Assembly: GCF_018350175.1 (NCBI RefSeq)
Contig: NC_058377.1
Coordinates: forward strand, 61,566,001 to 61,630,000
DNA: 64,000 nt
Source of the DNA: Felis catus
Lineage: Eukaryota
Direction: 5' to 3'
The notes beneath the pieces are model-generated. The model worked only from the letters and a program-made list of their open reading frames with translations, was not told the origin of the DNA and did not search any database. The translations under genes were made by a program, and so were the position numbers. This document shows, piece by piece, positions 24,226-38,859 of the stretch (positions are counted from its first letter, which is position 1; the number at the start of each line of letters is the position of its first letter).

Positions 24226-24950
24226 TAAACGTTCTGGTTTCTTCTACCAATTGTATAATTTTAGATATTTCATTTAGATTTATAATCCATTTCAAGTTAA
24301 CTGTTGTATAGTAAAAAGGTTGATTTTGTCTGGATATAGATATCAGCATTATTTGTAGAGAAGACTTCTTTCTCTGTTGAACAGCCATGATATTATTTAT
24401 GATCTCAATTGACCCCATATGTAGACCTTAATTTCTTGGCTCTGTATTCCACATGATTTAGCAGTGATTTTGGCAATATGAGTCTCTTAACTACTGTAGC
24501 TTTCTTAAACTAAAGGATGGACAGGAAATTGATGTAATTGATTTTACTCTGCTAAAAACCTGGATTGCAAGATTGATGTATTATTCTTCATCGTGAATAC
24601 GAATCAGTATTTTGGGGAAAAACTTGAGTGATGTTCTTGAACTTAAAATCCGTATACAGAGCTTTAGCAGGCAGCATGAAATTAGTGGGGTGATTTCACA
24701 CATTTCTATGAGATTTCATGGGAAATGAATGACTAATAAAATCTAAGCAGTTATTGAGAAAATTCTACCATGAACAGTGCAATTGCTTTATTTAGATCAT
24801 TGCCTTTAATCTTCAAAGCATCAAAACTAAACTGCATTTCATCTCCTATTTACAAATGAGTAAATTTAATTCAAACAGGTCAGAACACAAAAAATGTCCC
24901 ATACATATTAAAAGTAAAATAGCTAGAATTTGGATTTAAGTATACCTATT

Positions 24951-25169
24951 TAAAATTTTTTCCATGTTTCTTTTTGGGAGAGAGACACAGACAGACAGAC
25001 AAAGCATGAGCAGGGGAGAGACAGAGAGGGCGAGACACAGAACTCAAAAAAGGCTCCAGGCTCCATGCTGTCAGCATAGAGGCCAGCAAAGGGTTAGAAC
25101 TCACAGAGTGGGAGATCATGACCTGAACTGAAGTCAGAGGTTTAATCAAATGAGCCACCCAGGTGCCCT
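24951..25169 (-). mobile_element. CAN-SINE (paralog of 240-453)
   Basis: Same insertion site and sequence as in unit 1. Confidence 0.9.
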
Positions 25170-26844
25170 GGGGGACTTAAGTATATTTAATTCAATCATC
25201 CAACATCACATTGCAGACTTACTTCTTGCAAGTACCACCTTTTCACTGTGTGACTTTAATAAACTTGCATAAGTTCTTTGAGTTTCTTCAATTATATAAT
25301 GAGAATCATAGTACTAACTAGTTAACAGGATTGTCATGGAGATTGGCACTAATTATTGGTGTGGGATGGCTTCTGAAACTATCTGGAAAAATTAAGAACT
25401 GGGTCCAAAAAATATCCTTGTCCATTTTGGTGATTGCTGTGCATTGAGCACTTTCAAAGACAGATATATACAAAATGGAAGAAAACTCAATAAATTGAAT
25501 GAATTATATAAACGCAGAAAAAATTATATACATGATTCCACCCATCAACTTACATACTTATCACTTGTTCTAAGACAAAGACCTTGATACTCAGTAATTC
25601 TTCAAGGCTCTGGTTTAAAAGAACATTCATTCTAGTTTGTGGAAAGTCACAACCATGTAGGAAACAAAGGTGAGTCCTGCAGACCCTGTCTAGGAAGTTT
25701 ATCTCAAATTGTTCCTTCCCTCCCTCCCTTCCTGTTGATCAAAAGCAGGTCTCCTAATGTCTACTACCAGAAGATTGGTGTCTACCAGAGCTATGACAAA
25801 AGTAGAGGCTTACATATTTTAGTCATTTCCTGCTGAAACCACTGTTTTCAGGTCACTGTTTTTTCTACCCATTAGCTAATTAAAAACAAAATGGTTTCCT
25901 AAAGTCAAATAGTTTTGACTGCAAATATTTGTTCTGTGTACTAAATTATTTTCACCTGTGTAAATCACTTCGTAAGGTACCCGTTGAAAGGTATCTCTTC
26001 TTCAGGGCACACACTCAATGAATATTTAGTATCAGCACAATTAGTATGTTTCCAAATTGTTTAATTACAAAAACTTTAAACAGGCACAAAACAAGCATTA
26101 TAATGAGATTCCATCTACCCCTCACGGGGCTGCAATAATTATCAACATTATACCATTCTTTTATCTTCCCTACTCGCAACCAGTATGTACCCCAATAATT
26201 ATTGTTATTACTATTATCGTCATCATTATTATTATTTAGAGGGTTAGAAGTAAAATTGACATTCATGGAAGTGTGCAAATCTTAGCTGAACCATTTTGAC
26301 AAATGAATACAACCATGTAGCTTACAATCCTAACATACGTATGGCATTTCCATCTTCTGGCAAATGTTCTCATGTGGTTCCCCAGTCACTCGGTCCCCTC
26401 TACATCCATCAGAAGTAACCACTTCCGCAATACACCCATTATAATAATAACACACACTCTTTTGTGTCCTGATTCTTTTCCACTCACAAACATGTATCCC
26501 TGAGTTGCATGTACTTGGAAACAAAAACATCCCCAGGACCCAATCCGCCTATCCCTCAGGGAATAAAACAAAGGAATCAAGTATTTAAGGATTGAATAGT
26601 TAAATGATGTCCTCACCAGGAAAAATCTCATGGCCCTTGCCTCTTTCTAAAAGCTTACATCAAGTAATGACATTCTCTATTTTCAGGGAGAAAGGTGAGG
26701 CTACTTTTCTTTCTCCATCTACTAAACCTTGTAGCTTATTCATAAGCAATAATAAACTATGGAATTTTTCCAATTGCAGGGCTCATATCCAGCCAATAAG
26801 ACCTGATGTAAGTTCCTATGTTCTTAGCATATTATCTGTCTTGA

Positions 26845-27564
26845 TTAGAGCTCATCCCAGTTTCTAGTCAGTGTACGGACAATGCTATTGCAAATTTCCT
26901 GAGTATAATACTATGGACGATCCGATTGACCACAGGTGGGAAGAAAAGGTAGGCATTGGCCATGACAGATTGGAGGAGTGGAGGTAATTGCCACCCAAAA
27001 GGATGCAGCAAGAAGAAGCTGATCACGGGCACATAGTATACAAGAACGGCACAGACGTGTGACACACGTGTTGAGTGCCCTCCACTTCCCAGCCCCAGAA
27101 GCTACTCCCAGTACCCTATGAAGAATCAACACCTAAGGAACAATGAACAAGGAGTCAAACCCAAATGTGGAGGTAATGACAAACAGACCCAGGATGCTAT
27201 TGGGGCGGATGACTCCAACAGGGCAATTTGATTAGATCTGAATGGAGACAGTAAGAGTGTGTGAGGGTATTGTAGCCCCAGAAAAGCAGACCTTTCTGGG
27301 GGAAGAACAGTGGGAACATGAGTACCACACTTCATAGAGACACCAAGTTCAACAACAGCCAGCATGGCCAGAAAGAGGTACATGGGTTGGTGCAAAGCAG
27401 GGTCAATCTGGATGATGGAAAGAATGGTGCCATTTCCTAGGAGAATGATGATGTACACTAGGCAGAAAGGGATAGATATCCAGATGTGCTCTGCCTCTTC
27501 CCTGGAGTGCCAACAAGACTGAAGGTTGCAGGTGTGCACTCAGTGGAACCGTCGAAAATGTCAT
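26845..27564 (-). pseudogene. OR51-family pseudogene (probable OR51A1P-position ortholog)
   Basis: Across frames: EHIWISIPFCLVYIIILLGNGTIL...LHQPMYLFLAMLAVVELGVS / SVVLMFP...THSYCLHSDLIKLPC / WRALNTCV / HVCAVLVYYVP...LHPFG...PPVVN. TM2-TM4 (including the DRY motif) is deleted, with several frameshifts and a stop. Confidence 0.9.
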
Positions 27565-28929
27565 GGCGAGACTTCATTTGAAGATACAGGGAAACACGTG
27601 GGGACTGGCGAATATCAGTCTCTGGTCAGTTATTGTATGTCAAATGTCAAGCTCTTGATATCATATTTAAGATATTTCCTTACAAAAGAGATGGAAAATG
27701 TATTTCTGAAACAAGGACACATGTAAAGCACACTGTGTGGGGGAGAAATGTGTTTAGATGCAGGGCAGAGTGTTTCTACATGGGCCGCATGCCAAACAAA
27801 AAAGGCATTGACAGAAATCTCCACAGGGTCATTTGTGGCAGTGAAGGTGGTGATAATAAGCATAGAAATGACAGCTTCCTATGGAAATGGAAGACTGAAG
27901 GATCTGGTAACTTTCTGCAGTTTGTACAAGAGTGATGGAAGCAGCAAAAGTAATTTAGCACAGTGATAAAGAGAGTTCATGGTTCTAACACTTAATGACT
28001 TGTGATCTTGGAGAACCCCTTAAGTTACCCGAGATCCAAGTATTTGACATAAACAAATAACACTTATATAAGATAATGTATGTAAATTGTTTACCATTAT
28101 ATTTGGAACCATAAATACTCAACACAGAAAGTAAAAGAAACAATTAAGTCTCTTAGAAAAGGAGGGTAGTTTCTCCCAGTTTTTAGAATTTTCCAATGCC
28201 CTTATTTAACTTACCAGTTCATTCTTTCTCCCTCTACTCTCCATGGATGATGGTGAAACCTTCTCTATATTTTGTAGGAGGGTAAGTGTCTCCTGCTGGA
28301 ACCTGGGGCCAAAGCTGAGAGCAACACCAAAGCCATTAGGGTCTCACAGGCTGAGTATGATGGCGAGGATGGAGTTTAAGGCAAGGGTTCTTTACCTGGG
28401 AACAAGTTCATGAACACTAAAATTCTACTCATCAGTGGCAGAGCCTTGGGTGTTAAGGTTAGGAGCCAGAGGTGGAATTCAAGATCAGGCTTGAGATAGA
28501 GTTGGTGAGTGAAAATGGGACAGAGATTTTAATAGAGTTGAAGGAAAGAACAAGGAGAAAGGAGAGAAATTTAACTCCATCTGGAATTTGTTTTGGGGAC
28601 TTGGGTGACTAAGGATTTCATTTAGTTATTCACACATGTAGAAACCACTTTTAACACATGTGTTAATGGATAGCCTGGTGTTTCCTCAACTATTTTGAGC
28701 AACTATAGGTCTCATTTTAAATCTTTATGTAAATGTAGATCTATATCTTGATTCTGTCTCCTGCTTTGGGATCCAATGCCTATTTTGTCAGAGTCACAGT
28801 GCTGCAAGTATCTGATTTTATTATACGTAAGTTCATATCTAATTGGTCAAGTAATTTTTTAAATTTTCCTGACTACTTTCTATGTTTTTCTTTTACATAA
28901 ACACTACAACTCAGAATGCATATAAATAG

Positions 28930-30370
28930 AGCAATGACACAAATATAAAAGTTACAATCATAAACTTCTTGGGAAAAAACATAGAGGTAAATTTTCATGA
29001 CCTTTGATTGCACAACGGATTCTCAAATGTCACACCAAAGCATGAGGAAAAAAATAAACAACATAGATAAATGGACTTCATCAAAACTAAAATTTCAACA
29101 TTATCAAATGACATTAACAAAAAGTGAAATGATAACCTACAAAACGAAATTTGCAAATTGTATATCTAATAAGGGATTAATTCCCAGAATATACAGAGAA
29201 CTCAACTCAAAACCAAAAAGATAAACAACCGAATTCACAAATAGCAAAGGAATTAAATAATGAATCCTCTAAAGAAAACATGCAAATGCCAATAGCACAT
29301 GAAATAAAATTCAAAACCACAATAAGACACCACTTCACATCTACTAAAATGTGTATAATTTTTTTAAAAATTTAAAAACTAGGGGTGCATGGGTGGCTCG
29401 GCTGGTTGAGCGTCTGAGTTCGGCTCAGATTATGATCTCGCGGTTTTTGAGTTCCAGTCCCAGTTCAGGCTCTGTGCTGTTGGCTTGGAGTCTGGAACCT
29501 GCTTTGGATTCTGTGTCTCCTTCTCTCTCTGCCCACCCCATCCCCCCCCCCGGCTTGTGCTCTGTTTCTGCCCCTCAAAAATAAATAAGTAAATGTAAAA
29601 CACAGTTAAAAAATTAAAAGACAAGTTTTGACAAAATAGGGAAAAATCGGAACCATCATACATTGCCAGTGGAAATAAAAACTGGTGCACATTCTGTGGA
29701 AAACAGTTTGGCAGTTTCTTAAAAACTCAGGCACAGAATTACATGTAATGCAGTAATTCCACTCCTGAGTATGTACCGCCCAAATTAAATACAGGTATTC
29801 AAAGACATACTTGTACATGGATGTTCATTGCAACATTATTTACAGTAGGCAAGTGGTGGAAGGAGCCAAACTGCACATCCATAGATGAANNNNNNNNNNN
29901 NNNNNNNNNNNNNNNNNNNNNNNNNNNNNNNNNNNNNNNNNNNNNNNNNNNNNNNNNNNNNNNNNNNNNNNNNNNNNNNNNNNNNNNNNNNNNNNNNNNN
30001 NNNNNNNNNNNNNNNNNNNNNTATAAAGAAATGAAGGATAAAAACATGCTACAACATGGATGACCTTTGAAAATCTTATGTTCAGTGAAATAAGCCAGAC
30101 ACAAAGCATAAATATGATATGATTCCACCTCTACAAGTAAACAAATTCATAGAAATATAAAGTGGGTTATAGGTTAACAGGGGAGTGGGGAATTATTGCT
30201 CAGAGACATAGGGTTTCTGTTTTGGGTGTTGAAAGCTTTTGCAACTGGTTGAAGTAGTAACACAACATTGCAAATATGATTAATTGCTCTGAATCATACA
30301 CTTAAAAATCATTATTATAACAAACTTTATGGTACAGATATTTTGCCATAATAAAATTTAAAAAAATATC
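28930..30370 (+). mobile_element. Old L1M fragment with nested SINE (29382-29605), paralog of 3720-5160
   Basis: Colinear with unit 1. Confidence 0.8.
29890..30021. other. Assembly gap (132 N)
   Basis: N run at the site paralogous to 4680-4814. Confidence 1.
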
Positions 30371-31734
30371 AGCATGCAAACGATAAAATATATTAGCTTT
30401 TTTTGGGATTATGGGGAATTTGTAGATCATTGTGGATGTCATATTATCATTACAATGAATAATATGCAATAAACATTTCCTATATGTATTTCAGACACAT
30501 GTACATTTTTGTTTACCATTTTAAATGATGTCGTTTTCCATTTCATGTCTCTAATCATTCTAGCTACAATAAGCACTAATGTCTTCTCCCCCACCCCTGC
30601 CCCAAGTTTACTGAAGTATAATTGACAATCAGAAATTGCTTATATCGCATTGTGTAACTGATGACCCGATATATGTATACATTATGAAACACTCACTAAA
30701 ACGAAGCCAACCAACATATCCATTACCTCACACCTGCACCAATTTCCTATGTTTCTTCTCTTTTGTGATGAGACTACCCAAGGTCTACCCCTCAACAAAT
30801 TTCAAGTACACAATACAGGATAAGAAAATATGGATTTCTATGCCGTTCTTATGGAACTCTGTTGGCTTTACAAAGACTAGGAAAATAATTAAATACAGAA
30901 ATAAGGAAAAATGAATTAGGACACAAAAGCTAGGATTTGTCTTCTTCTTTCCCCACTTCTTATCCTTCTTTAACTTATATTAGCTAAAAGCCAATTATAA
31001 CACGATATTATTCTGCAACACTTTTGACATGGTAAACTAGTATCTTTAGCCTCTTCCCACTTTTGGATACATTTTCCTAATACCCTATGCTTCATGTCAC
31101 AGCGTTTCACCATGTCTGAGACCACTTAGCGCAGAGTAGAAACCATCGGGAGAAAGATTTGTTCTGACTCCATAGTATCTCTATATCTGCTACTGCTCAG
31201 CTACCCAGGTAATGTATTCTTTGACTCTCTGGGTCTAAGAGTCTGATATTAAATGATCCGGCATCTTCCTCTCATGAAACATGGTTCTCACCTTAACAAT
31301 CTCTTAGTGCTTTTTCTTCTACTACTTCTTCTTCTTCTTTTTAATTGTACCTAGAAGAGTAGGTCAGTTTTCTCTAAGCCCCTCCAGGGCTCTCCGTTTC
31401 TATCGTGCATGGCATACCGTTTTTCTTACTCACTGTTACCCAGTGGGGGACTTTGTGGTCAAGAAGATGGTAGGATGGTAGGATACGGAGCATCCCCTTC
31501 AAAATTTCCAGGGCAACGACTCAGTGATTGTGCTTCTAGCAGCTCAGCACACACAGTGTACTCCTGACTCCTTCAACATCTACCAATCCCTGAGCCCTCA
31601 CCCTGAAATCTTCTCTACAATTGAGGCTGATGACTCAATCATTGTTTATTCCTGTCATATTTCATACATCCTGGGTGGGAAATTGGTATTTCCTTAGTTC
31701 CTCACTGCCAAAACTCAAGCCTTAAAAACTCTTC

Positions 31735-31783
31735 TTGTTTTTATTATTTTTTAATGTTTATCTATTTTTGAGAGAGAGAGACA

Positions 31784-31835
<52 letters not shown>

Positions 31836-32006
31836 AGAGAGCCTGAGTGGGGGAGGAGCAGTGAGAGAGGGAGACATAATCTGAAGCAGGCTCCAACCTC
31901 CTAGCTGTCAGCACAGAGCCCGACACAGGGCTCAAACCTCAAACCATGAGATCATGACCTGAGCCGAAGTCAGATGCTTCACCACCCGAGCCACCCAGGC
32001 ACCCCC
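31735..32006 (-). mobile_element. CAN-SINE with expanded (GA)n (paralog of 6515-6754)
   Basis: Same site; longer GA run. Confidence 0.9.
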
Positions 32007-32609
32007 TTAAAAAGTTTTCTCCTTGAAGGCTCATTTACACCGCTCATTTCATCAAATATTTTGTTATCATTCTGTACTCTATTTCCTCTCTGACTCCCCT
32101 TCAATGCTTGGAGAATCTAATTCTGAACCAGAATCCTATTTGCTGCAACTTTTAGCAACATTTTATGTGACTTCCGTATCTATGATGATGACCCATTCCA
32201 ACCATTTTTCTATGAATTATTGTTAGCAGGGCTATGTTGAGTTTGGGGAGATCAGTTCTTTGATGTCTCTGTTCATAAAAGTTACCAACACCATCAAAAT
32301 AAAATTTGCTTTTATTAAATTCCAAATACATCATGTGACATATTTCATTTAATTGTCATGCCAGTAAAGAAGGTACTAAAATAATTCCATTTTATTGGTC
32401 AAGAACCAATAGTTACATAACAGGACAATTTTATACAGTTAGTGTGGGAATGACAAACCAGGATTTTCTCATATCAAAGGGTTTATTCTAACTCTTAAAA
32501 TAGATTTCCTTGCTCAAATTCAAGTGAATATAACATATATTTCAAACCAAAGTAGTTATCCAGGATTCCAAGGGTCAAGGCAACACGCTTTCATTTCCCA
32601 CATTGATTG

Positions 32610-32654
<45 letters not shown>

Positions 32655-33825
32655 ATTTATATATGTGATATATATATGATGTATATTACATCATGTGTAT
32701 ATATACATCCTATATCATATATATATCATATATATATATCATTAACATGCATGTGTATATATGTGTGTTTTTATAATGTGTATGTATATATTACATTGTA
32801 CATATATTAATATGTCTAGTGTATACAAACACACATCACATATACATAATAGAAAAACAAAGAAAAGAGGCTAACCCGGAAAAGGTTGCACGTGTTCAAG
32901 GTAATGCTTGAAAGTTCATTGTTTGTCTATCTTCAAGTGTATATAAGGTCAGATTGCACATTCTCAGAGCATGTGCTAAGGCCTGCTGAAGGAGAGGTTG
33001 TAAAAATACTACCTTGAATGAAGAAATTAAGGTACAATCTGGAGACAAGCTTCTATAAAGTAATATTTGGTGTGAATAGAGCCTCTTTAAATACAACTAT
33101 GTGTAAACATCCTATTTAGTCTTTCACTGCCTTTTAATTTTGGACCTGGGTATGGTATTTTTCATCTGTTAGTCCCTCCCTTGGTGAAGTCTGTTGACAC
33201 CAGGATGCTTCATTAATGATTTGGGCCCAAAGTCTTCACTATGTAGGGAACAAAGTGCTAACTTTTAAGTGGTCTATGTGGTCTCAGGTGGGTTGATTTC
33301 ACTTATTATTTGTTTTCATTCAGTATTATCTGTTCATTCAATAAACCTATACGATGTGCCTTCTGTACAGCCGACTTTATATCAGTGATTCAGATAATAT
33401 CTCATTTTAGAACTCGCATTTTAATTGCAGTAAAAGGTACAGATAGAAATAATTATTGTTTATTGTTTATTGTTTATTGTGGCTTCAAGCTCCTGGCCCA
33501 AGTGTTTACTGACTGTGGTGGGAGTGTTTTATTTCAGCAGAATTTCAACTGTCTCTACAAACACTCAATGACTCACTATTTTCGCTTCCCAGATCGACCC
33601 AAGACAATTCCATCTGGGTTTAACCCTAAAATATGTTTTTCTTAGTGTTATCTTATGTATGCTTAAGAATAAGTTAAAATGCAAGATAATAGGATATCTA
33701 GGAGAATTGAGAATATCATTCATTTATTTTTCTCAACAATTTTAAGTGCTTTATGGAAATACATTGCAAACTTTGGCATTTATTAACCTTCTACGTTTAT
33801 TGAGAGTTACTCATGGATTCTGTTT

Positions 33826-33963
33826 NNNNNNNNNNNNNNNNNNNNNNNNNNNNNNNNNNNNNNNNNNNNNNNNNNNNNNNNNNNNNNNNNNNNNNNNNNN
33901 NNNNNNNNNNNNNNNNNNNNNNNNNNNNNNNNNNNNNNNNNNNNNNNNNNNNNNNNNNNNNNN
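33826..33963. other. Assembly gap (138 N)
   Basis: N run at the site paralogous to the (TG)n(GA)n repeat at 8544-8617. Confidence 1.
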
Positions 33964-34001
33964 TATTCAGAAATACCCAGCATTTAGCATTATTCTTCAT
34001 T

Positions 34002-34960
34002 TTAACAATGCGTGCTGATGGGGGAGCAAAGCAAAATTACTCGGTCTTGAATCTGTTTGGTCTTCACCCCATAAATGATGGGGTTTATCATAGGGGGCAC
34101 TACCACATAGAGGTTGGCTACCAGGATGTGGATGTGCTGAGAGACGGTTTTATCCCCAAAGCGATGGGCAAAAAAGGAAAAGAATGCTGGGGTATAGAAC
34201 ATAAGTATGACACAAATGTGGGAACCACATTTGTTGAGGGCCTTGAATCGGGCAGACAAGGATGATATCTGAAAAACTGTGCAAAGGATCATCGCGTAGG
34301 ACATAATGATGAACACAATGTCTAGTCCTGTAGACAGTAGGACCACAGTCAGGCCATAAATGATGTTGACACTGATATTGTCACATGCCAATCTGGCAAT
34401 GCCCATGTGCTCACAGTAGGAATGGGGAATGATGTTTCTCCCACAATACGTAAGTCGGTGTACCAGGAAGATGAATGGAAAGCAGATGATAAAGCTCCTG
34501 ACCACAGCTGTGATGCCAATTTTCCCAGTGGCTGAGGAGGTTAAGATTGTGGTATATCTCAGTGGGTGACAGACGGCCACATAGCAGTCAAAGGCCATGG
34601 CCAGCAGAATAGCAGATTCTACCGCAAAGAGGAAATGGATGAAGAACATGTGAGATACACAACTACCAAAGGATATATCCATGGAATGGAACCAGAAGAA
34701 GCCAGCATCCTGGAGGCTGTGGTTGTGGAGAGCAGGACATCTGATAAGGCCAGCATGGAAAGGAAGACATACATAGCCTCATGGAGACGGCACTCAGTTA
34801 CAATCAGGAAGATCAAGAAGATGTTGCCTATGACAGCCAAAATGTACATAGAACAGATAGGGATGGAGATCCAGGTATGAGAATCTTCCAGTCCTGGGAT
34901 TCCAGTCAGGACATACCACATATCCTGGGGATGGGTGTGATTGTAAGAGAAAGGGGCCAT
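34002..34960 (-). pseudogene. OR52Z1: OR52Z1-like pseudogene (frameshift)
   Basis: Net 1-bp deletion at ~34699 (gaagaagccagc vs gaagattgccagc in copy 1) splits the ORF into 34619-34960 and 34002-34682. Also DRY>DCY, LHEPMY>LHEAMY, PKML>SRML, NTC>NKC. Confidence 0.92.
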
Positions 34961-37077
34961 CTGGGGCAGTATATTCCAGACCTAGCATCTGGATTAAAGA
35001 CCACAGGGCTGACTGAGGATTGAGGAGCAGCACCACTTTCAGTTGAATGACATCTGATTAGATTGTTTGGCAGTATTTTCTTCTCTGTGAAAAGATAGTG
35101 AGATGTATTAATGAGCCTAAAACTGCACTCTGACTCCTTCCATGGAAGAATTAAGTCATATCTTGGGAAAAAATGCTTCACATTAATAAGTGCTTAATAT
35201 GTGCCATAGCACTTTATAAATATCACCTTATTAAATGTTCACAATAGCCTGTTGAAAAGACCTTGACAATGATCCTCAACATGGATACTGTTGTTATTCC
35301 AACAGATGCAAAAATATTCCACAGACGTTCAGCTTCTTGTCCCAGGTCCCATTGGATTCAGGGTCAGACAGCATAGGTTTGAAACCTCTGATCGCAGCCA
35401 CCACCCAATACTCCCTATAAAAATAAAACTAGACACAAAAACATGTCATCAAAATGTTCATTCTCATATATCTGAAGTATTATATTGCATAAGGAAGAGG
35501 GAGGGAATTCATTTTTACCAAAATACATTTTGGGCAATACAGTACATATGTCCTTTTCAACCTTGATGGGCCGCTGGAATGATGCTAAGGGCCATGATAG
35601 GCACTAAACATCCACAGGTGACTTCATTGATTCTTGTCAGCTAATCAACATATTTCTTAAAATTATACGATGAATATTAAAAAACCTGAAGAATATGCAG
35701 CCTCAAACTGAGTTGGACTCTTAAATGGATGGATATGCTTGACAAGTGGTGAAGGAAAAATACACTGTCTCATTTGGGTCCCTGCTTGAAAATTAGACAA
35801 TGTATTACTTCAAAATACCCCCGAGCAGGAAGTAACAGCGTTTCACATTAGGAAGTAGGGGTCCCCAGGCTTTCAATAAAAGAGAGGGAGGGTAATCTAC
35901 TGGTTACGACTTTTCTGTAGTTGCAACAGAATGCATAAAAGCAAGGGATGTGTTGGGTGAAATGCCAGAGAGGAGATAGCCCATTTGAGTGGGATGTGTG
36001 TGTGAGGGGGCGTATTCCTATGAATACATAGCTATAAGTGAGGGTATAAACATGGATACAAAGCAGGTGGATGACAAGTGGCTTCCATCCTCCCCCTGTC
36101 CCCATTCTCAAATCAAAGGGGGCTGAATGTATTTGCTTAAGAGGAACATGGGCTTAAGAGATGTCTGCCTTTTTACCTCTTGATTGCATTGGAGTCAGTA
36201 TCATTGTGCAGCATAGTTTTACCACCTTTACTTTCAGTTTTTATTAGGTGTTCAATATTCCAGTACTTCATACCATATGACTGAAATATTTGGAATCCAT
36301 TTCTTTCTTTTTCTTTTTTTTTAACTGAAGTATAGTTGATATGCAATGTAGCATTAGTTTCAAGTGTACCACACTGTGATTCCACAAGTCTATATGTTAT
36401 AGTATGTTATATACTTGCCATGAGTGTCCCGTATGTCACCATGCAATCCTATTACAATCCCACTGACCAGATTCCCCATGCTTGGCATTTATTCCCGTGA
36501 CTGCAAGCTTCTATCCCTCTCTCCCTTCCTCATGTTGCCCGTCTTCCGACCTGCAGCCTGTTTGGCAAGCATTAGTTTGTTCTCTATATTCATTTGGACA
36601 CCATTTTTTGAGTTAGAGTTTAGCGGACATAATACTCAAAGGGTCACCCCATTAGGACTTTCCTTAAGTTGGTATATGATTCTTTCTAATTACGTAATAA
36701 AATGTTGAGATGCTTAAGTCTATTGATCTACTTTAGTTCCATAAACCAAGTGTGTAGCCATTTAACATGAAGCTAAAATTAATTGCTGAAAATTTATTTT
36801 CAATGGGATTACAGTGTTTTGGGGACAGAAAGAAAAGATTAATCTGTGAGTGAAGTGCAGTTATGGGGAGGGGATGCTTAGCGAGTGGGGCTTCATCAGG
36901 ACATCTGATATGGGGAAGAGGAGAGTCTAAATGATGGAAGAAAAAGAAATGGAGGTAGAAGAGACATAAGACAAATTTTACAGATTTCCTTCTAACTTTC
37001 CTGGAGATCTTTTGGGACACCAGTGAGTGATCTGTTTTATTGTATTCCTTTTTGTTGTGCTATAGCATTATCACCAA

Positions 37078-37257
37078 AGAGAGCAAGCATGAACGGGGGA
37101 GGGCCAGAGAAAGAGGGAGAGAGGGAGAGAATCCCAAGCCGACTCTGCGCTATCAGCACGGAGCCTGATGTGGGGTTTGAACCCACTAACCGCAAGAACG
37201 ACCTGAGATGAAATCAAGAGTCGGCAGCTTAACCAACTCAGCCACCCAGACACCCCA
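37078..37257 (-). mobile_element. CAN-SINE truncated at its tail by a deletion
   Basis: Matches 14931-15110; the poly-T end is missing. Confidence 0.9.
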
Positions 37258-38859
37258 ACTTTAAACGATTCTTATATCATATGATCTATTTTTTGTCTAT
37301 TTCTGTACTTTGTTTTCTTATTTTATTCCCATATCTACCAATTATTCATACAGAGAATGACTTCAGATTGGAGCAATATAATGTAGTTTCTCTAGGACAC
37401 ACCGGTGTGTGAGTGTGTCTGTGTGTGTTGTGTGGGTGTTCTTGCAGGGGAGACAGAGCATTTATCACCAGAAACATTTTTATTTTCATTTTTATTTTAT
37501 TTGTATTTTTATTTTCTATTTTCGACAGAAGCTCTTCGCTGGAAATGCTTCCTGTTTTCCAGGAATATTGATAACAGTTGTATACAGAGAGTGAGGGGGT
37601 TCTTTCAGAGTAAGGTGGTTACTAGTTTTTTGTCAGTTTTAACTGACTACCATTTCTGTCATGGTTTTTCCTCCCACAAAATCAACACTTGCTCAAGAGT
37701 GTTTTCCATGCACTTTCCATGCACTTTCCTATTTCCATGCACTTTCAACTACTCCTATTAATTCCCCATTTGAGGAATGTCTGACTCAAAAGGCCTCAGA
37801 CCTGTTGTCACTACTTTCCATCACAGGGTGGACTCTCTTTTTTGGCATTTGTGTCAGGGTTTGTGGTATTTCCAGTGTTTTCCCTAACAGTAGGCTACTG
37901 TCCCCCAACCCTCTCTCCCTAGACAGTCTTTTGGGTGTGGCTTGGGGGTTGGCTTAGAAAGTAGGAGATTGTTTTTCTCCCTATACATGAAAATATGGGT
38001 TGGCTCTTCTGCTCTTTATCGATTGAGGGAGGGCAAGGAACGTGTAAACATACTGAGATACAAGTGTCTACTGTTATCGTCAGGATCCCAGTAGCTTTCC
38101 TCAACATTTCACAGGGATTTTATGCTATCTTCTAGATCCTGTGTTACGGTGGAAATAGGCAAGGCCATTCTGTTTTCCAATCCTACAGGTATCAGCTGTT
38201 TGTTTACTAATGTATTCGTTTCCCTTTTGAAGCTACTAGTGTGTCCTTTTTACTACTCCCATTTTATATAAAAACTTAATGATTGCGTGTCTGATTTGTA
38301 AACAATTGAGCCAATATTGATGCATTACTATTAACCAAAGCCCACAGTTTACATGAAGATTCACCTCTGTTACAGTTCTGTGGTACTGATAAGTACAGAT
38401 CTATCCAAGAGTAGAACCTCCCTATGGAATCTTTCCTCAGCTGAAATGGCATAAACAAAGAAGCAATTACCATTAATTCATATGCAAAATTGTTTTAGCA
38501 TGTCCAGTCCCCCAAAATAATCTCTGTTAAGGTTTCTGGCACCTTCAGACATGTCTTGCTAACAGATGCACAAAATTAATATGGATAAAGCACAGATGCT
38601 CAGAGACATGGTTCAGAACTCTGGGGGGTTGATGCTGTGATGTTGAGTGTGGGTCCCCAGGAAGGCTGGCCTCCTCTCGCTCCCTCTGTAATGGCTCAAT
38701 GCAAAACACACACTGGACGCTTGTTTTGCTTTTTTTGTAAAAGTGAAAATACTCTTCAGAGTTCTTTCAAGTAGTGACAACAGGTACTGAGGTAGGTCTT
38801 TCCGAAGAGCTAAGGGGCATAACGTGAACTTTCAGAAAGTGGGGGATACCTGTACATAA

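Larger units (their letters stand above)
1..24714. repeat. Tandem segmental duplication unit 1 (starts before the window)
   Basis: Position 1 onward aligns with 24715 onward (ttcatgggaa...; 4 mismatches in the first 120 bp). Same order of OR51 pseudogene, L1M/SINEs, OR52Z1, OR52A1. Segment 19543-23975 aligns with 49303-53465. Confidence 0.95.
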